Part shown: positions 9,881-20,032 of the stretch, piece by piece
Numbering within the stretch: position 1 is the stretch's first letter
Layout: each line of letters starts with the position of its first letter
From: Candidatus Saccharimonadota bacterium
Lineage (GTDB): Bacteria; Patescibacteriota; Saccharimonadia; Saccharimonadales; Saccharimonadaceae
Direction: 5' to 3'
Assembly (NCBI GenBank): GCA_016282495.1
Contig: JAEEKR010000036.1
Coordinates: 5,594-69,593 of the forward strand
Length of the DNA stretch: 64,000 bases
The notes under the pieces: model-generated
Told to the model about the DNA's origin: nothing
Database searches by the model: none
The model's input: only the letters and a program-made list of their open reading frames with translations
Translations under genes and position numbers: made by a program

Positions 9881-9976
9881 TTCTACCTCCTTTTTTCAAT
9901 TTTAGCATTAAACTTGATGTTTTTAAGAAAAAGATTAAGGATGCAAAAAAGGGGTAAATATGGTAAAATGTGAGCA

Positions 9977-11629
9977 ATGGAAAATGTGAAAAATAGTCTA
10001 AAAAAGACCATTAAAGAATTGTTTGATTTGGATGTAGATCCTGAGGTCTCTGTTGCACCGGCAAATGTACAAGCAGATTTTTCTTCGAATGTAGCGATGC
10101 AAATGGCGAGGGATTTGCATAAATCTCCAATTGAGATTGCTAAACAGATTGCTGAGAGAATGGGCGAGTTTAAAGCTGAAGTTGCAATGCCAGGGTTTTT
10201 GAATTTTATATCACCAGATGAATATTTTCTGAATATTGTGTCTGAATATGGTAATGATTTTGATAAAAAAATATCGTATGATAAATATTTAGATCAAAGT
10301 GTTGTTTGTGAATATTCTGACCCAAACCCATTCAAGGTTTTGCACGTTGGACATCTCTATACTTCAGTAGTGGGAGATTCGATATCGAGACTATATGAAT
10401 ACGCAGGCGCTAAAGTAACCCGAGCAAATTTTGGGGGAGATGTGGGGCTTCATGTTGCAAAAACAATCTATGCTATTTTGAATATTGTTGATCACGCTGC
10501 TGATTTAACAATTGAGGAGATTGCAAAGGCTTATGTTGAAGGGACGAAAGCGTATGAGGAGGATGCAGAAGCGAAGAAAGAAATTACTCGTCTTAATAAG
10601 GAAATCTATCGTATTAATAAAGAGAAGATTCATGAAGGTGAAGTCGCGGAGATTTATTGGCGAGGAAGGGAACTGTCGTATCAATATTTTGACGATTTTT
10701 ATGCAAAAATTGGTGTAAAGTTCGACAAGTATTATCCAGAATCAGAAGTAGCGGATCTCGGGCTTTCTAAAGTTAAAGAGCAACTTGATGCTGGCGTTTA
10801 TGAAATGTCTGATGGTGCGGTGGTGTTTGAAGGTGAAAAATTTGGTTTACACACGAGGGTATTTATTAATAAAGAGGGTGTGCCTACTTATGAAGCAAAA
10901 GATGTTGGGTTAATCTTTACGAAGTGGGCAGACTATAATTTTGATAAATCCATAGTAATTACTGGAAATGAGCAGCTTGATTATATGAAGGTCGTTTTGA
11001 AGTCGATAGAGCAATATGCACCAGAATTAGTAGAAAGAACGACGCACCTTACTCATGGTATGGTAAGGCTGCCTGGCAATGAGAAGATGTCTTCAAGAAA
11101 AGGTAATTTCCTGAAAGCAGTAGATGTACTTGAAATGATTTCAAACAATTTGGCCGAGACGAAAGATAAAGTTGACGAAAGAGTTGTTCTTGCAGCGACA
11201 AAATATTCATTCCTCAAGAATAAGCTTGGTGGTGATATAATTTTTGATCCAAAAGAGTCAGTGTCGATGTCGGGAAATTCTGGGGTGTATTTGCTATATT
11301 CGGCTGTAAGAGCGAAAAAGATACTAAGCAAGATTGATTTTAGTAAAGAGGACAGTGGCGAATTCAGTCTTGGAAATTACGAAAAAGAGTTAGTTAAAAA
11401 ATTGATTCAATATAAGGATGTTTTAGTAGAGGCTGTGGAAGGAATTTCGCCACATCTTATTTGCAATTATATCTACAATTTGTCGCAAGAATTTAGTAGA
11501 TTTTACGAGAATGTTAAAGTTGCGGGAAGTGAACACGAGAAGACACTGGGCACTTTTGTAAAGGTTTATTATAAGATTATGGAACATGCGTTAGGGCTTC
11601 TTGGTATTGAAATTCCGGAGGAAATGTAA
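9977..11629 (+). CDS. argS: Arginine--tRNA ligase
   Basis: EYSDPNPFKVLHVGH (HIGH motif), KMSSRKG, C-terminal LGIEIPEEM. Confidence 0.96.
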   Translation: MENVKNSLKKTIKELFDLDVDPEVSVAPANVQADFSSNVAMQMARDLHKSPIEIAKQIAERMGEFKAEVAMPGFLNFISPDEYFLNIVSEYGNDFDKKISYDKYLDQSVVCEYSDPNPFKVLHVGHLYTSVVGDSISRLYEYAGAKVTRANFGGDVGLHVAKTIYAILNIVDHAADLTIEEIAKAYVEGTKAYEEDAEAKKEITRLNKEIYRINKEKIHEGEVAEIYWRGRELSYQYFDDFYAKIGVKFDKYYPESEVADLGLSKVKEQLDAGVYEMSDGAVVFEGEKFGLHTRVFINKEGVPTYEAKDVGLIFTKWADYNFDKSIVITGNEQLDYMKVVLKSIEQYAPELVERTTHLTHGMVRLPGNEKMSSRKGNFLKAVDVLEMISNNLAETKDKVDERVVLAATKYSFLKNKLGGDIIFDPKESVSMSGNSGVYLLYSAVRAKKILSKIDFSKEDSGEFSLGNYEKELVKKLIQYKDVLVEAVEGISPHLICNYIYNLSQEFSRFYENVKVAGSEHEKTLGTFVKVYYKIMEHALGLLGIEIPEEM

Positions 11630-12153
11630 TGAAAAAAGCAAAACTTTTGTGGGTAGATCTAGAAATGACGGGGCTTTACCCAGAGGAAGATCGAATCTTG
11701 GAGGTGGCAGCGATTGCAACTGATTTTAAGTTTAAAAAGGTTGCAGAATATACTGCGGTAGTAAAAGTGCCTGAAACATTAATGAAAAAACGTATGGTGG
11801 GAGAGTTTTGGGAGAAGAATGTAGAGTCACGCGATGCGTTGATGGCGCAGAATGCGGGTGGTAAAGATACTTCTGAGGTTGAAAAAGAGTTACTTAAATT
11901 TGTGAAGAAGACTTTTGGCAAGGAAGTGATTTTGGCGGGGAATTCAATACATCAAGATCGCAAATTTATTGACAAGGAATGGCCAGAACTTTCTAAACTG
12001 CTACACTACAGAATGCTTGATGTTTCAGCTTGGAAGGTTTATTTTGAGGGTGCTCTTGGAAAGAAGTTTGTAAAAAGAGAAGCGCATAGGGCGTTGGATG
12101 ACATTAATGGATCGATAGAGGAGCTAAAATGGTATTTGACATTCATGAAGTAA
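11629..12153 (+). CDS. orn: Oligoribonuclease
   Basis: LWVDLEMTGL, LAGNSIHQDR.F, HYRMLDVS, HRALDDI..SI.EL. Confidence 0.95.
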   Translation: MKKAKLLWVDLEMTGLYPEEDRILEVAAIATDFKFKKVAEYTAVVKVPETLMKKRMVGEFWEKNVESRDALMAQNAGGKDTSEVEKELLKFVKKTFGKEVILAGNSIHQDRKFIDKEWPELSKLLHYRMLDVSAWKVYFEGALGKKFVKREAHRALDDINGSIEELKWYLTFMK

Positions 12154-12434
12154 GTGGAATTGGTGATTTTTTAGAAAAAACGGAGAGAAAGGGGACTCTT
12201 TATACAGTCCCAGAGGGAAGAGTGTTTTTAGTAGTGGGGCCAAATACAATTGAAGTTAGAACGGATGAGAAGCTTGGTAGATTACTTAGTGGGAAATATG
12301 AATCAGTGATGGAAAGTAGATATTTTGGGCGTGGAGGAATTGAGATTGTGATGAGCGGACAACTGAGTGATGAAGAGATAAAAGATTTGGTGAGACTGAG
12401 CTACAATATGACAAAAGAAATGGAAAATAAATAA
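12129..12434 (+). CDS. MmcQ/YjbR-like protein
   Basis: About 100 aa with LL..KYESV...Y and I.DLVRLSY.M, resembling YjbR. Start codon uncertain. Confidence 0.65.
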   Translation: MVFDIHEVSGIGDFLEKTERKGTLYTVPEGRVFLVVGPNTIEVRTDEKLGRLLSGKYESVMESRYFGRGGIEIVMSGQLSDEEIKDLVRLSYNMTKEMENK

Positions 12435-12459
12435 ACCCCCTGAGAGGGGGCTTATTTTT
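12431..12459. terminator. Terminator hairpin between convergent genes
   Basis: ATAAACCCCCT-GAG-AGGGGGCTTAT followed by a T-run. Confidence 0.65.
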
Positions 12460-12468
12460 GTTGCCAGA

Positions 12469-12936
12469 TTATTTTTTCTTTTTGAGAGAGTCGCGAATTT
12501 CGCGTAGGATGACGATTTGTTCGTCTTCTTGTTTTTCGGCGGTTTTGTCAACGACTTCTTGAGGTTTTTCGGCTTTTTTGCGATTTAGCTTATTGATAAC
12601 GCGAATCATAAGGAAAATCGATAGGGCGACGATAAGGAAATTAACGATGTTTTGGATAAAGTTACCGTAAGCGATGACGGCTTCATCCCCTGTGCCAAAG
12701 AAATTTGGAATACGGATGGCAAGACTTGTAAAATCTACACCACCTACAATTAGGCCGACGATTGGCATAATGATATCGTTTACTAAAGATGAGACAATAG
12801 CGGTGAAGGCGGCACCGATGACCATACCTACGGCTAGGTCTACGACACTACCACGATTAATGAATTCTTTGAACTCCTTTAGAACAGGGTGTTCTTTTTT
12901 AGTTAATTTTTTGAGTTTGTCAGTTGCTTTTTCCAT
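12469..12936 (-). CDS. mscL: Large-conductance mechanosensitive channel MscL
   Basis: EFKEFINRGSVVDLAVGMVIGAAFTAIVSSLVNDIIMP, LREIRDSL. Confidence 0.96.
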   Translation of the reverse strand: MEKATDKLKKLTKKEHPVLKEFKEFINRGSVVDLAVGMVIGAAFTAIVSSLVNDIIMPIVGLIVGGVDFTSLAIRIPNFFGTGDEAVIAYGNFIQNIVNFLIVALSIFLMIRVINKLNRKKAEKPQEVVDKTAEKQEDEQIVILREIRDSLKKKK

Positions 12937-12972
12937 GGTGACATTATACCACAGAAATATAGGAGAGACTAA

Positions 12973-13617
12973 TTAATTATTGCTTCGTGAACCGCCGGAA
13001 GCTTCAGAGTATTCCGAGAATTTAGTATAGATACTTGATAAATTATTGTATGACTCGCCAATAATGTTTTTGATGTTTTGATCTTTGGTACGTTCGGATA
13101 TTTCTGACTCTAAAGAAAGGAGAAGTTGAATTTGAAGAGTGATTTCACGAGGATAGGTGCGGTCTAAAAGACCATTAAGCTTAGCATGATCTAGACTAGC
13201 CTTAAGTTGATTGAAAGAGTCTTCTTCCTCTGCGGTTATTTCTGCATTTGCTGTTTCGGGGGTTAATTCGTAAACTGTAGTTAGTATTGGTGATAGATTG
13301 ACGGAAGTTCCGTTCAGCACACTATAAAGGGATGCGTTCATAGAACGTAGAGTTGATGATTTAGTGATTTTGCCATAATTTTGAGTTACTTCCATGAGAT
13401 TGGAAATACGAATGTTGATGCGCTCTGCGACAGCCTTTTCTTTATTTCCAGTTTTACCTATAACACTTCCTAGTATCATGATTAAAATAGCAAAAATGAG
13501 CAGTCCGCCTATAATGAAAATGAATTTTTTAGAGAAGAGTCCACCAATGGATTGTTTCTGTTGAGGTTGAGGGTTACTAGCGGCAGAAATTTGATTGAGA
13601 TAATCCATATTGTTCAT
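12973..13617 (-). CDS. Hypothetical single-pass membrane protein
   Basis: 214 aa with one TM helix and a helical ectodomain. A -10 box lies 6 nt before ATG. Confidence 0.75.
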   Translation of the reverse strand: MNNMDYLNQISAASNPQPQQKQSIGGLFSKKFIFIIGGLLIFAILIMILGSVIGKTGNKEKAVAERINIRISNLMEVTQNYGKITKSSTLRSMNASLYSVLNGTSVNLSPILTTVYELTPETANAEITAEEEDSFNQLKASLDHAKLNGLLDRTYPREITLQIQLLLSLESEISERTKDQNIKNIIGESYNNLSSIYTKFSEYSEASGGSRSNN

Positions 13618-13677
13618 GCTTTTATTGTAGCATAAAGTACGAGAAAATGGAGGGGTTAGATATGGTATACTTTAGAT

Positions 13678-15291
13678 ATGAATGACGCGAAGGAGGAAAT
13701 TCGGGCGCGGTTGGCGATTGAGGATGTGGTTGGGCAATATATCGAGCTGAAGCGTAAAGGAAGGACATTTGAAGGGCATTCTCCTTGGGGCGTAGATAAA
13801 ACGCCTAGTTTTATGGTATCGCCAGAAAAAGGGATTTGGCATGATTTTTCAGCTAATCGTGGTGGCGATATTTTTTCTTTTGTGATGGAGGTAGAGGGGA
13901 TTTCGTTTAGGGAAGCTTTGGAAAAATTAGCGGCACAGGCAGGCGTGGATTTATCTAAGTACAGTGGTGGTGATAAACAAGTCGCAAAAAAGAAAGCTAG
14001 AGCAAAAGAAGCTTTGGAACTGGCCTGTAAGTATTATCAAGTATGTCTTTCGAAAAACAAACCTGTTTGTGAGTATGTTTTTTATAAAAGGAACTTGAAC
14101 CGGCCAACTGTGAAGGAATTTCGAATTGGATATTCGCCAAAGGAAGGGAAAGCGTTGGTGGATTTCTTGACGAAAAGAGGCTTTTCTAGACAAGAGATGA
14201 CGGATGCCGGCCTCCTTAATCGATTTTCTGGCGATATGTTTAGGGGAAGAATGATGGTCCCGTTTATTGATACGACTGGAAATGTAATTGGATTTACCGC
14301 TAGAGTGTTGGATAAGTCGGAGCCAAAATATTTGAATACGCCAGAAACAATTTTGTTTAATAAAGGTCGATTTATTTTTGGTTTTTATCAGGCAAAAGAA
14401 GCGATTAGAAAAAGCGGTTTTGTGGTGATTGTTGAAGGGAATATGGATGTTATTTCTTCGCATCAAGCGGGAGTGAAAGAGGCGGTAGCAACGAGTGGAA
14501 CGGCGATGACGGAAATGCATCTTAGAGCTTTATCTAAATTAACGGATGATATTAGGTTGGCGTATGATGGTGATGAAGCGGGAGTGAAGGCGACGGAGCG
14601 AGCAATAAAAATGGCGGGAGATATGGGTATTAAACTATCTGTGATTTCCGATTATGGTGCGGCAAAGGATCCAGATGAGTTGATACAAAAAGGAGCAGAT
14701 TTGTGGGTGTCTGCAGTGCAGAAAAATATGCCAGCGGTGGATTGGCTTCTTTCGAAATATGAAGAAAGATTTGATCTTAAAACAGCGGATGGGAAGCAGG
14801 AGTATTCGGATCTTGCGATGGACCTTTTGAAATATTTGCCAAAAGTGAGACAGAGGCATTATAGACAGCTTGTGGCAAAGAAATTGAATGTAGAAGTAGA
14901 GGATTTAGGCGAGGCGGCCAAGAATGGGAAGAAAAGATTGAAGGAAGTAAAGACGAGCGGTAAAAGTATTGAGGATGACGGAATTTTAGATAGAATTTTG
15001 TCGATTCTGATTTATGGAAAAATTAATGCAGGAAATGATTTTGAAGTTCCGAAGGATAAAAATAAATTAGCTGAGCTTGAAATGATTTTTGATCGTTTTT
15101 ATAAGAGCTGGGCAAAAGAAAATTTGGAAGTAGAATTTGAGGAGTTGTGCAAAAAGAGACAAAAGAAATCGGTCGAGATAGAGATTAAAGAATTAAATGA
15201 TGAGCTTGCGAGGCTTAATGATGACGAAGAAGATAAAACTAATGAAATATTGAGAAAAATACAAGATTTGCAAAAAACAGAGAAAAAATAA
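13678..15291 (+). CDS. dnaG: DNA primase (zinc-binding domain lacks Cys/His ligands)
   Basis: FRGRMMVP, PKYLNTPET, VEGNMDV, YDGDEAG, KDPDE; lies upstream of rpoD. Confidence 0.96.
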   Translation: MNDAKEEIRARLAIEDVVGQYIELKRKGRTFEGHSPWGVDKTPSFMVSPEKGIWHDFSANRGGDIFSFVMEVEGISFREALEKLAAQAGVDLSKYSGGDKQVAKKKARAKEALELACKYYQVCLSKNKPVCEYVFYKRNLNRPTVKEFRIGYSPKEGKALVDFLTKRGFSRQEMTDAGLLNRFSGDMFRGRMMVPFIDTTGNVIGFTARVLDKSEPKYLNTPETILFNKGRFIFGFYQAKEAIRKSGFVVIVEGNMDVISSHQAGVKEAVATSGTAMTEMHLRALSKLTDDIRLAYDGDEAGVKATERAIKMAGDMGIKLSVISDYGAAKDPDELIQKGADLWVSAVQKNMPAVDWLLSKYEERFDLKTADGKQEYSDLAMDLLKYLPKVRQRHYRQLVAKKLNVEVEDLGEAAKNGKKRLKEVKTSGKSIEDDGILDRILSILIYGKINAGNDFEVPKDKNKLAELEMIFDRFYKSWAKENLEVEFEELCKKRQKKSVEIEIKELNDELARLNDDEEDKTNEILRKIQDLQKTEKK

Positions 15292-15348
15292 AAAAGGTCG
15301 AGCTTTGTTTACTTGATTTTTTGAGAAATTTAAGTATACTTTTAGACA

Positions 15349-16320
15349 ATGGATTTAGAAGAAGACGAAAACTTAAAAAATGGTGCCATATTAGAGCCAA
15401 TTGAACCTGGTATGGACGACTTAGAAGATGAAGAAGAACTCTCGGATGAAGATCTTGAGATTACGGTTGATAATGTCGATGCCTTTGCAGACGACTCAGT
15501 GCGACTTTATCTTCGCGAAATAGGTAAAATTCCTTTGCTTAGCCCTGAGGAAGAGTTAGATCTTGCGCATAAGGTACTTAAGGGCGATAAAAAAGCAAAA
15601 GATAAAATGGTGGAAGCTAATATGCGCCTAGTGGTTTCTATTGCCAAGCGCTATTCTGGTCGTGGTCTGGATTTTTTGGACCTTATTCAGGAGGGGAATA
15701 CGGGGCTTCTTAGAGCTGTAGAAAAATTTGACCCAGAAAAGGGTTTTAAGTTTTCGACTTACGCAACCTGGTGGATTCGTCAGGCGATTACGCGTGCGAT
15801 TGCAGATCAAGCAAGGACGATTCGTATTCCGGTGCATATGGTAGAAACGATTAATAAGGTACTTAGGACCACTCGTAAGCTTACAACTGAACTTAATCGC
15901 GAGCCAACCAACGAAGAGATTGCTAAAGAACTCGACATGGAAGTTGATAAGATTGAGTATGTGATGAAGATTAAGCAGGATATTGCCTCTTTGGATGCTT
16001 CGGTAGGGCGCGATGGCGATGATGAAGATTCGGTTCTTGGTGATTTTGTGGAAGATGAAGATCGTGAATCGCCAGAAGATTCAGTGGCGACTAAGATTTT
16101 GAAAGAACAACTTGCAGAAATAATTTCTACACTTTCAGAAAGAGAACAAAAAATTATTAAAATGCGTTTTGGCATTGGCGGTGATCGTTCGCATACTTTG
16201 GAGGAAGTTGGTGCAGAATTTTCCGTGACCAGGGAACGTATTCGCCAGATTGAGGCTAAAGCCTTATCTAAACTTCGTAAGCATAAAGATATGAAAAAAT
16301 TACATGAATATTTGAAATAG
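15349..16320 (+). CDS. rpoD: RNA polymerase primary sigma factor RpoD
   Basis: [49 protein letters not shown]. Confidence 0.97.
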   Translation: MDLEEDENLKNGAILEPIEPGMDDLEDEEELSDEDLEITVDNVDAFADDSVRLYLREIGKIPLLSPEEELDLAHKVLKGDKKAKDKMVEANMRLVVSIAKRYSGRGLDFLDLIQEGNTGLLRAVEKFDPEKGFKFSTYATWWIRQAITRAIADQARTIRIPVHMVETINKVLRTTRKLTTELNREPTNEEIAKELDMEVDKIEYVMKIKQDIASLDASVGRDGDDEDSVLGDFVEDEDRESPEDSVATKILKEQLAEIISTLSEREQKIIKMRFGIGGDRSHTLEEVGAEFSVTRERIRQIEAKALSKLRKHKDMKKLHEYLK

Positions 16321-16328
16321 GAGGGAAG

Positions 16329-16757
16329 ATGAAAAAAATATTGATGATACTGATTGGTGCTGTGATGGGTTGCGGATTTTTGGCTACGATGCTGCCTAAT
16401 AGGGCTTTTGCAGACACTTGTGATCCTTCTGATTTCGGTTACGGTTTTGCAACTAGTACAACTGGGGACGAGGTAGAAAGAATTGAAACTAATGTTTTTG
16501 GATTTGTGTGCGATGATGGTAACGGGAGTGCTATGAGAGCGACAATTAATTTAGTGTTACAGATCTTAACTTATGGCGTAGGCATTGGGGGGGTACTTGG
16601 CATAGTGATTTCGGGTATTCAGTATCTTACAGCAAGAGATAATGAGGCGCAAGCAGCAAAAGCAAGAAGGCGTATTCTTGAAGTGGTTATTGGCTTAATT
16701 GTTTATGCTGTAATGTATGTAGTTTTGAACTTCATATTAATTCCAAGTGGTGCTTAA
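16329..16757 (+). CDS. TrbC/VirB2-like pilin of CPR bacteria
   Basis: Signal peptide ending AFA, two Cys, two TM helices with the GIQY.TA...A.ARRRI...VIGL pattern. Confidence 0.7.
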   Translation: MKKILMILIGAVMGCGFLATMLPNRAFADTCDPSDFGYGFATSTTGDEVERIETNVFGFVCDDGNGSAMRATINLVLQILTYGVGIGGVLGIVISGIQYLTARDNEAQAAKARRRILEVVIGLIVYAVMYVVLNFILIPSGA

Positions 16758-16764
16758 GTAGCTA

Positions 16765-17667
16765 ATGCAAAGACTGATCATTGTTTATAATCCGAGATCT
16801 TCAAAGTTTGGGCAGGTTGAAAAGGATGTCTTAAGTAAGGCACGTGCGCTTAAGGGTTTTGTAATTGGGAAATATGAGATTAAGCCGATTGGTGTTGATA
16901 AGAATGCGGCGGCTCTTGCGAAAATTTTGCGAGATGGGGACATTGTAGTTTCGGCTGGTGGAGATGGTACGTCTACCGTGACTTTTAATGCCATTATGGC
17001 GTTCTCTGGAAATGTGAAATATGGAGTGCTTGGCTATGGTAATTTTAATGATCTTGCTAAAACATTTAGGACCAAGAGCTTAGAGCAAATATTAGAAACG
17101 AAACCGGTAAAAGTTTGGCCACTTGAAGCAATTGTGGATGGGAAAAGGTGGCGATACGCAATTGGTTATATTACGATGGGGCTTTTTGCTGAGGCAACTG
17201 AAGTTTTTGATGAAAAAAAGACTAGGAAAAAGCTGCAGGGTGGGAAAAAGACTCCAGTATTCTCTTGGAAGGTGCTGGCTAAATGGTATTTTAAAAATAA
17301 GAACACGAAGGTGTTTATGCCGAAGTTTAAGCTGAATGGCAAAATAATGTCCAAAAAAGTGACGGATTATGTAGCGATTAATGGTAGGTCGATGGCAGGA
17401 GTGATGAAGGGAAGAGATTGGTATCTTGACAAGAAGGTTTTCCAAAGCGAAACGGCAAAACTCGGTAGTTTTTTGAAACTGTTTTTATTAATGGCTAAAA
17501 GTATTCTGTATAAAGTCCCAGGAAAAGAGGTGAAAGAAGACATGCTTGAATTTTTGGAACCGGGCGTAGTGGAAATTCAGGCTGAGGGCGAATATGTAAA
17601 GCTGAAAAATGTGAAAAAAATCGAAGTTCGAAAGGCGGAGAAATGTCTGAACATAGTGAAGATTTAG
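16765..17667 (+). CDS. Diacylglycerol kinase-family lipid kinase
   Basis: YNPRS, AGGDGT, GNFNDLA, QAEGE. Confidence 0.85.
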   Translation: MQRLIIVYNPRSSKFGQVEKDVLSKARALKGFVIGKYEIKPIGVDKNAAALAKILRDGDIVVSAGGDGTSTVTFNAIMAFSGNVKYGVLGYGNFNDLAKTFRTKSLEQILETKPVKVWPLEAIVDGKRWRYAIGYITMGLFAEATEVFDEKKTRKKLQGGKKTPVFSWKVLAKWYFKNKNTKVFMPKFKLNGKIMSKKVTDYVAINGRSMAGVMKGRDWYLDKKVFQSETAKLGSFLKLFLLMAKSILYKVPGKEVKEDMLEFLEPGVVEIQAEGEYVKLKNVKKIEVRKAEKCLNIVKI

Positions 17668-18449
17668 CAAAGATTGTAGCCTATATGAAGGCACATTGGC
17701 CGAGCACAGTGAAAGAGGAGTGGCAGGTTGGCATAGATGAATATATGAATATTGCCAAAAAAGTCGTGATGGAGTGGAGTAAAGATGCTACTTTTAAGAG
17801 TGAATTTGTAAGAATTACTGGGCAGTCTGGCTCGGGTAAGACTTCGCAACTTTTGCCCGCAGTTGAAGCGTACTATGAGAAAAAAGGAAAAAGTCCTGTG
17901 CTTGTGGCGGCGCGAAAATTCGTAGAACACCACCCACATTTTAGGGAGATTGTAGCGGAATATGGAGAGAAGAATCTTCGCAAGATGACGGATGAGTTTG
18001 CGACTATTATGATGTTTTTGGTGCTTAAGGGACTTATTTCTTTGAAATGCGATTTAATTTTGGATGTGACGTTGCTTGACCCAAAGATGGAAGCGATTCT
18101 AGTGAAGATGCTAAAAGAGAGCGGTTATGATTTTTGGATGACAATGATTGCGGTATCGCCAGAGATTACCGCACACTTCTTGGCGCAAAGAGATTGGAGA
18201 CACACGAAAGAGACAGAAGATGAATTTGTGCGAGCAACACAAGTTGCTCTAAAGTTTTACGCTGATAGTTTTGGTGAAATGAGTATTGTGATGTGGAATG
18301 TGTGGGACAAAAACCCAGTCTTTGATGGAAGGATTAAAGATGCTCTTTCGGTTTGGCAAAAATATGAGGCGATTTCAAGTATCCCAGAAAACTATGACGT
18401 AGATGAGATTCGTGAAGCGAAGATCGAATATTTAAAAGTTAAAGTGTAG
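17643..18449 (+). CDS. Zeta toxin-family P-loop kinase
   Basis: ITGQSGSGKTS, HPHF and LILDVTL are characteristic of zeta/PezT-like kinases. Confidence 0.7.
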   Translation: MSEHSEDLAKIVAYMKAHWPSTVKEEWQVGIDEYMNIAKKVVMEWSKDATFKSEFVRITGQSGSGKTSQLLPAVEAYYEKKGKSPVLVAARKFVEHHPHFREIVAEYGEKNLRKMTDEFATIMMFLVLKGLISLKCDLILDVTLLDPKMEAILVKMLKESGYDFWMTMIAVSPEITAHFLAQRDWRHTKETEDEFVRATQVALKFYADSFGEMSIVMWNVWDKNPVFDGRIKDALSVWQKYEAISSIPENYDVDEIREAKIEYLKVKV

Positions 18450-19251
18450 GCAAGGTGATCTCTGGAAAATGGGTGCGGATGTGGTCGGCGTAGCCGGCAT
18501 CGATACGATGCCAAATGTTTTTCATTTGATTGATTTGGGTTTGGTCATCGAATTCTTTTAGCATGGTTTTTTCGAAATTGTCTGGGGTAGGACGTGAGAG
18601 AATGCGTGAAACATCCATATTTGGGTTGCCTGTGCCGGCAAAACAAAAATCGATAAAACCGACGACTTCGTCTTTGTCGTTTAATAGGACGTTGCCGAGG
18701 TTAAGATCGCCGTGGACGAGCTTAGGCTCTTCGGTTTCGGAGATGTATTTATGATCATCGGCGAGATGTTTTTCGTAATGCAGGTCATCTAGTTCTTTTA
18801 AAAATTTAGAAAGAGGGTATTTAACTTCGGCTGGAGCATCTTTTAGATCGATATTAGACAACTCTTTAATAAATTTGGCGATGCTATAAGCTGAGGCGGT
18901 GAGGGTGGTGTGGGAAAGATGATAAATCCTATCGCCCAAGGTGTAGCCTTCAATTTTTTTGTGCATTGAAAATGGGCGATTCTTTGAATCATAGCAAAGT
19001 TTCATTTGCGGAGTATAAAAGCTAGTTTTTCCTTCGACAAAATTGCATACTTTGGCGTCTTTTACGATCATTCTAGACCAGAAGGGATTACGGGGAAAAC
19101 GAAAGAAAAAAGCACCGTTTTTGGTTGTGACTTCAATGACGATATTAGTCCAACCGGTGATGATGTGTTTGCTCGAGATGATTTTTTGATCAGGGATAGT
19201 TTCGGAAATGATCTTGTCTAATGGGTCTTTGGTAGTAAAAAACGTGTTCAT
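18439..19251 (-). CDS. Aminoglycoside phosphotransferase (APH/choline kinase) family protein
   Basis: GWTN, FRFPR, HGDLNLGNVL, IDF. Confidence 0.88.
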   Translation of the reverse strand: MNTFFTTKDPLDKIISETIPDQKIISSKHIITGWTNIVIEVTTKNGAFFFRFPRNPFWSRMIVKDAKVCNFVEGKTSFYTPQMKLCYDSKNRPFSMHKKIEGYTLGDRIYHLSHTTLTASAYSIAKFIKELSNIDLKDAPAEVKYPLSKFLKELDDLHYEKHLADDHKYISETEEPKLVHGDLNLGNVLLNDKDEVVGFIDFCFAGTGNPNMDVSRILSRPTPDNFEKTMLKEFDDQTQINQMKNIWHRIDAGYADHIRTHFPEITLPTL

Positions 19252-19289
19252 AATGATGTTTTACATTATAACATGCTATACTAGTTTTT

Positions 19290-19856
19290 ATGAAAGACGT
19301 GAAAATTGTAGCGATTGTAGGAATGAGTGGCAGCGGTAAATCTGTAGCCGTGGACTATTTGACGGAAAAAGGAATACCTAAAGTGTATTTTGGCGGGATG
19401 ATTTACAAAGAGATGGAACGTAGGGGAATTGAACGTACGGAGGATGGAGAGAGCGAAAAACACTTTAGAGAGATGATTCGCGAGACAGAAGGAAAAGACT
19501 GGGTTGTAAAACAAGTGATTGATGAGACTCATAAACTGATAGAGGCGGGTCAGAAGAGAATAGTGCTTGATGGGGTGTATTCTTGGACAGAATATAAGAC
19601 TTTGAAACATGAATTCCCAGGAGAATTAACTTTTATAGCTATTGTTGTGCAAAAGAAGTTGCGTCACAAAAGAGTGGCAGTTAGACCGGATAGGCCATTT
19701 AATGCGAAAGAAATTCAGGAAAGAGATCGCAGCGAAATTGAGAATTTGGAAAAAGGTGGGCCAATTGCTATGGCGGATTATTATATTCTTAACGATGGCT
19801 CGATTAAGGATATGCACGAAAAATTAGACGTAATACTGAAAGAAATTGAATTCTAG
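19290..19856 (+). CDS. P-loop kinase, dephospho-CoA kinase-like (UPF0200/AAA family)
   Basis: IVGMSGSGKS, VLDG, RD.SEIE...G..IAMADY.I.ND. Confidence 0.75.
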   Translation: MKDVKIVAIVGMSGSGKSVAVDYLTEKGIPKVYFGGMIYKEMERRGIERTEDGESEKHFREMIRETEGKDWVVKQVIDETHKLIEAGQKRIVLDGVYSWTEYKTLKHEFPGELTFIAIVVQKKLRHKRVAVRPDRPFNAKEIQERDRSEIENLEKGGPIAMADYYILNDGSIKDMHEKLDVILKEIEF

Positions 19857-19882
19857 AAAATGAGGCCCTAAATAGGGCCTCG
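19857..19882. terminator. Terminator hairpin (U-tract on the minus strand)
   Basis: AAAATGAGGCCCTA-AA-TAGGGCCTCG. Confidence 0.6.
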
Positions 19883-20032
19883 TGCTTTAACTGTCGTCTT
19901 CTGGCGTGTCTGTGTCTGTAATATTAAACGCCACCTGTTCGACTGCTTCTTCAAGGAAAAATTTCTGCCAATGTCTTGGCAGGTCTATCCAGTACGTTTG
20001 GCTTTAATAGGGAAGGATGCTATACTAAAACT

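Noticed and set aside
19976-20032. Upstream starts in the ORF track for polA, and likewise 22361, 24195, 35923, 49520, 59274, 60190 and 60941
   Set aside because: Downstream ATGs fit SD or -10 spacing and family N-termini better.
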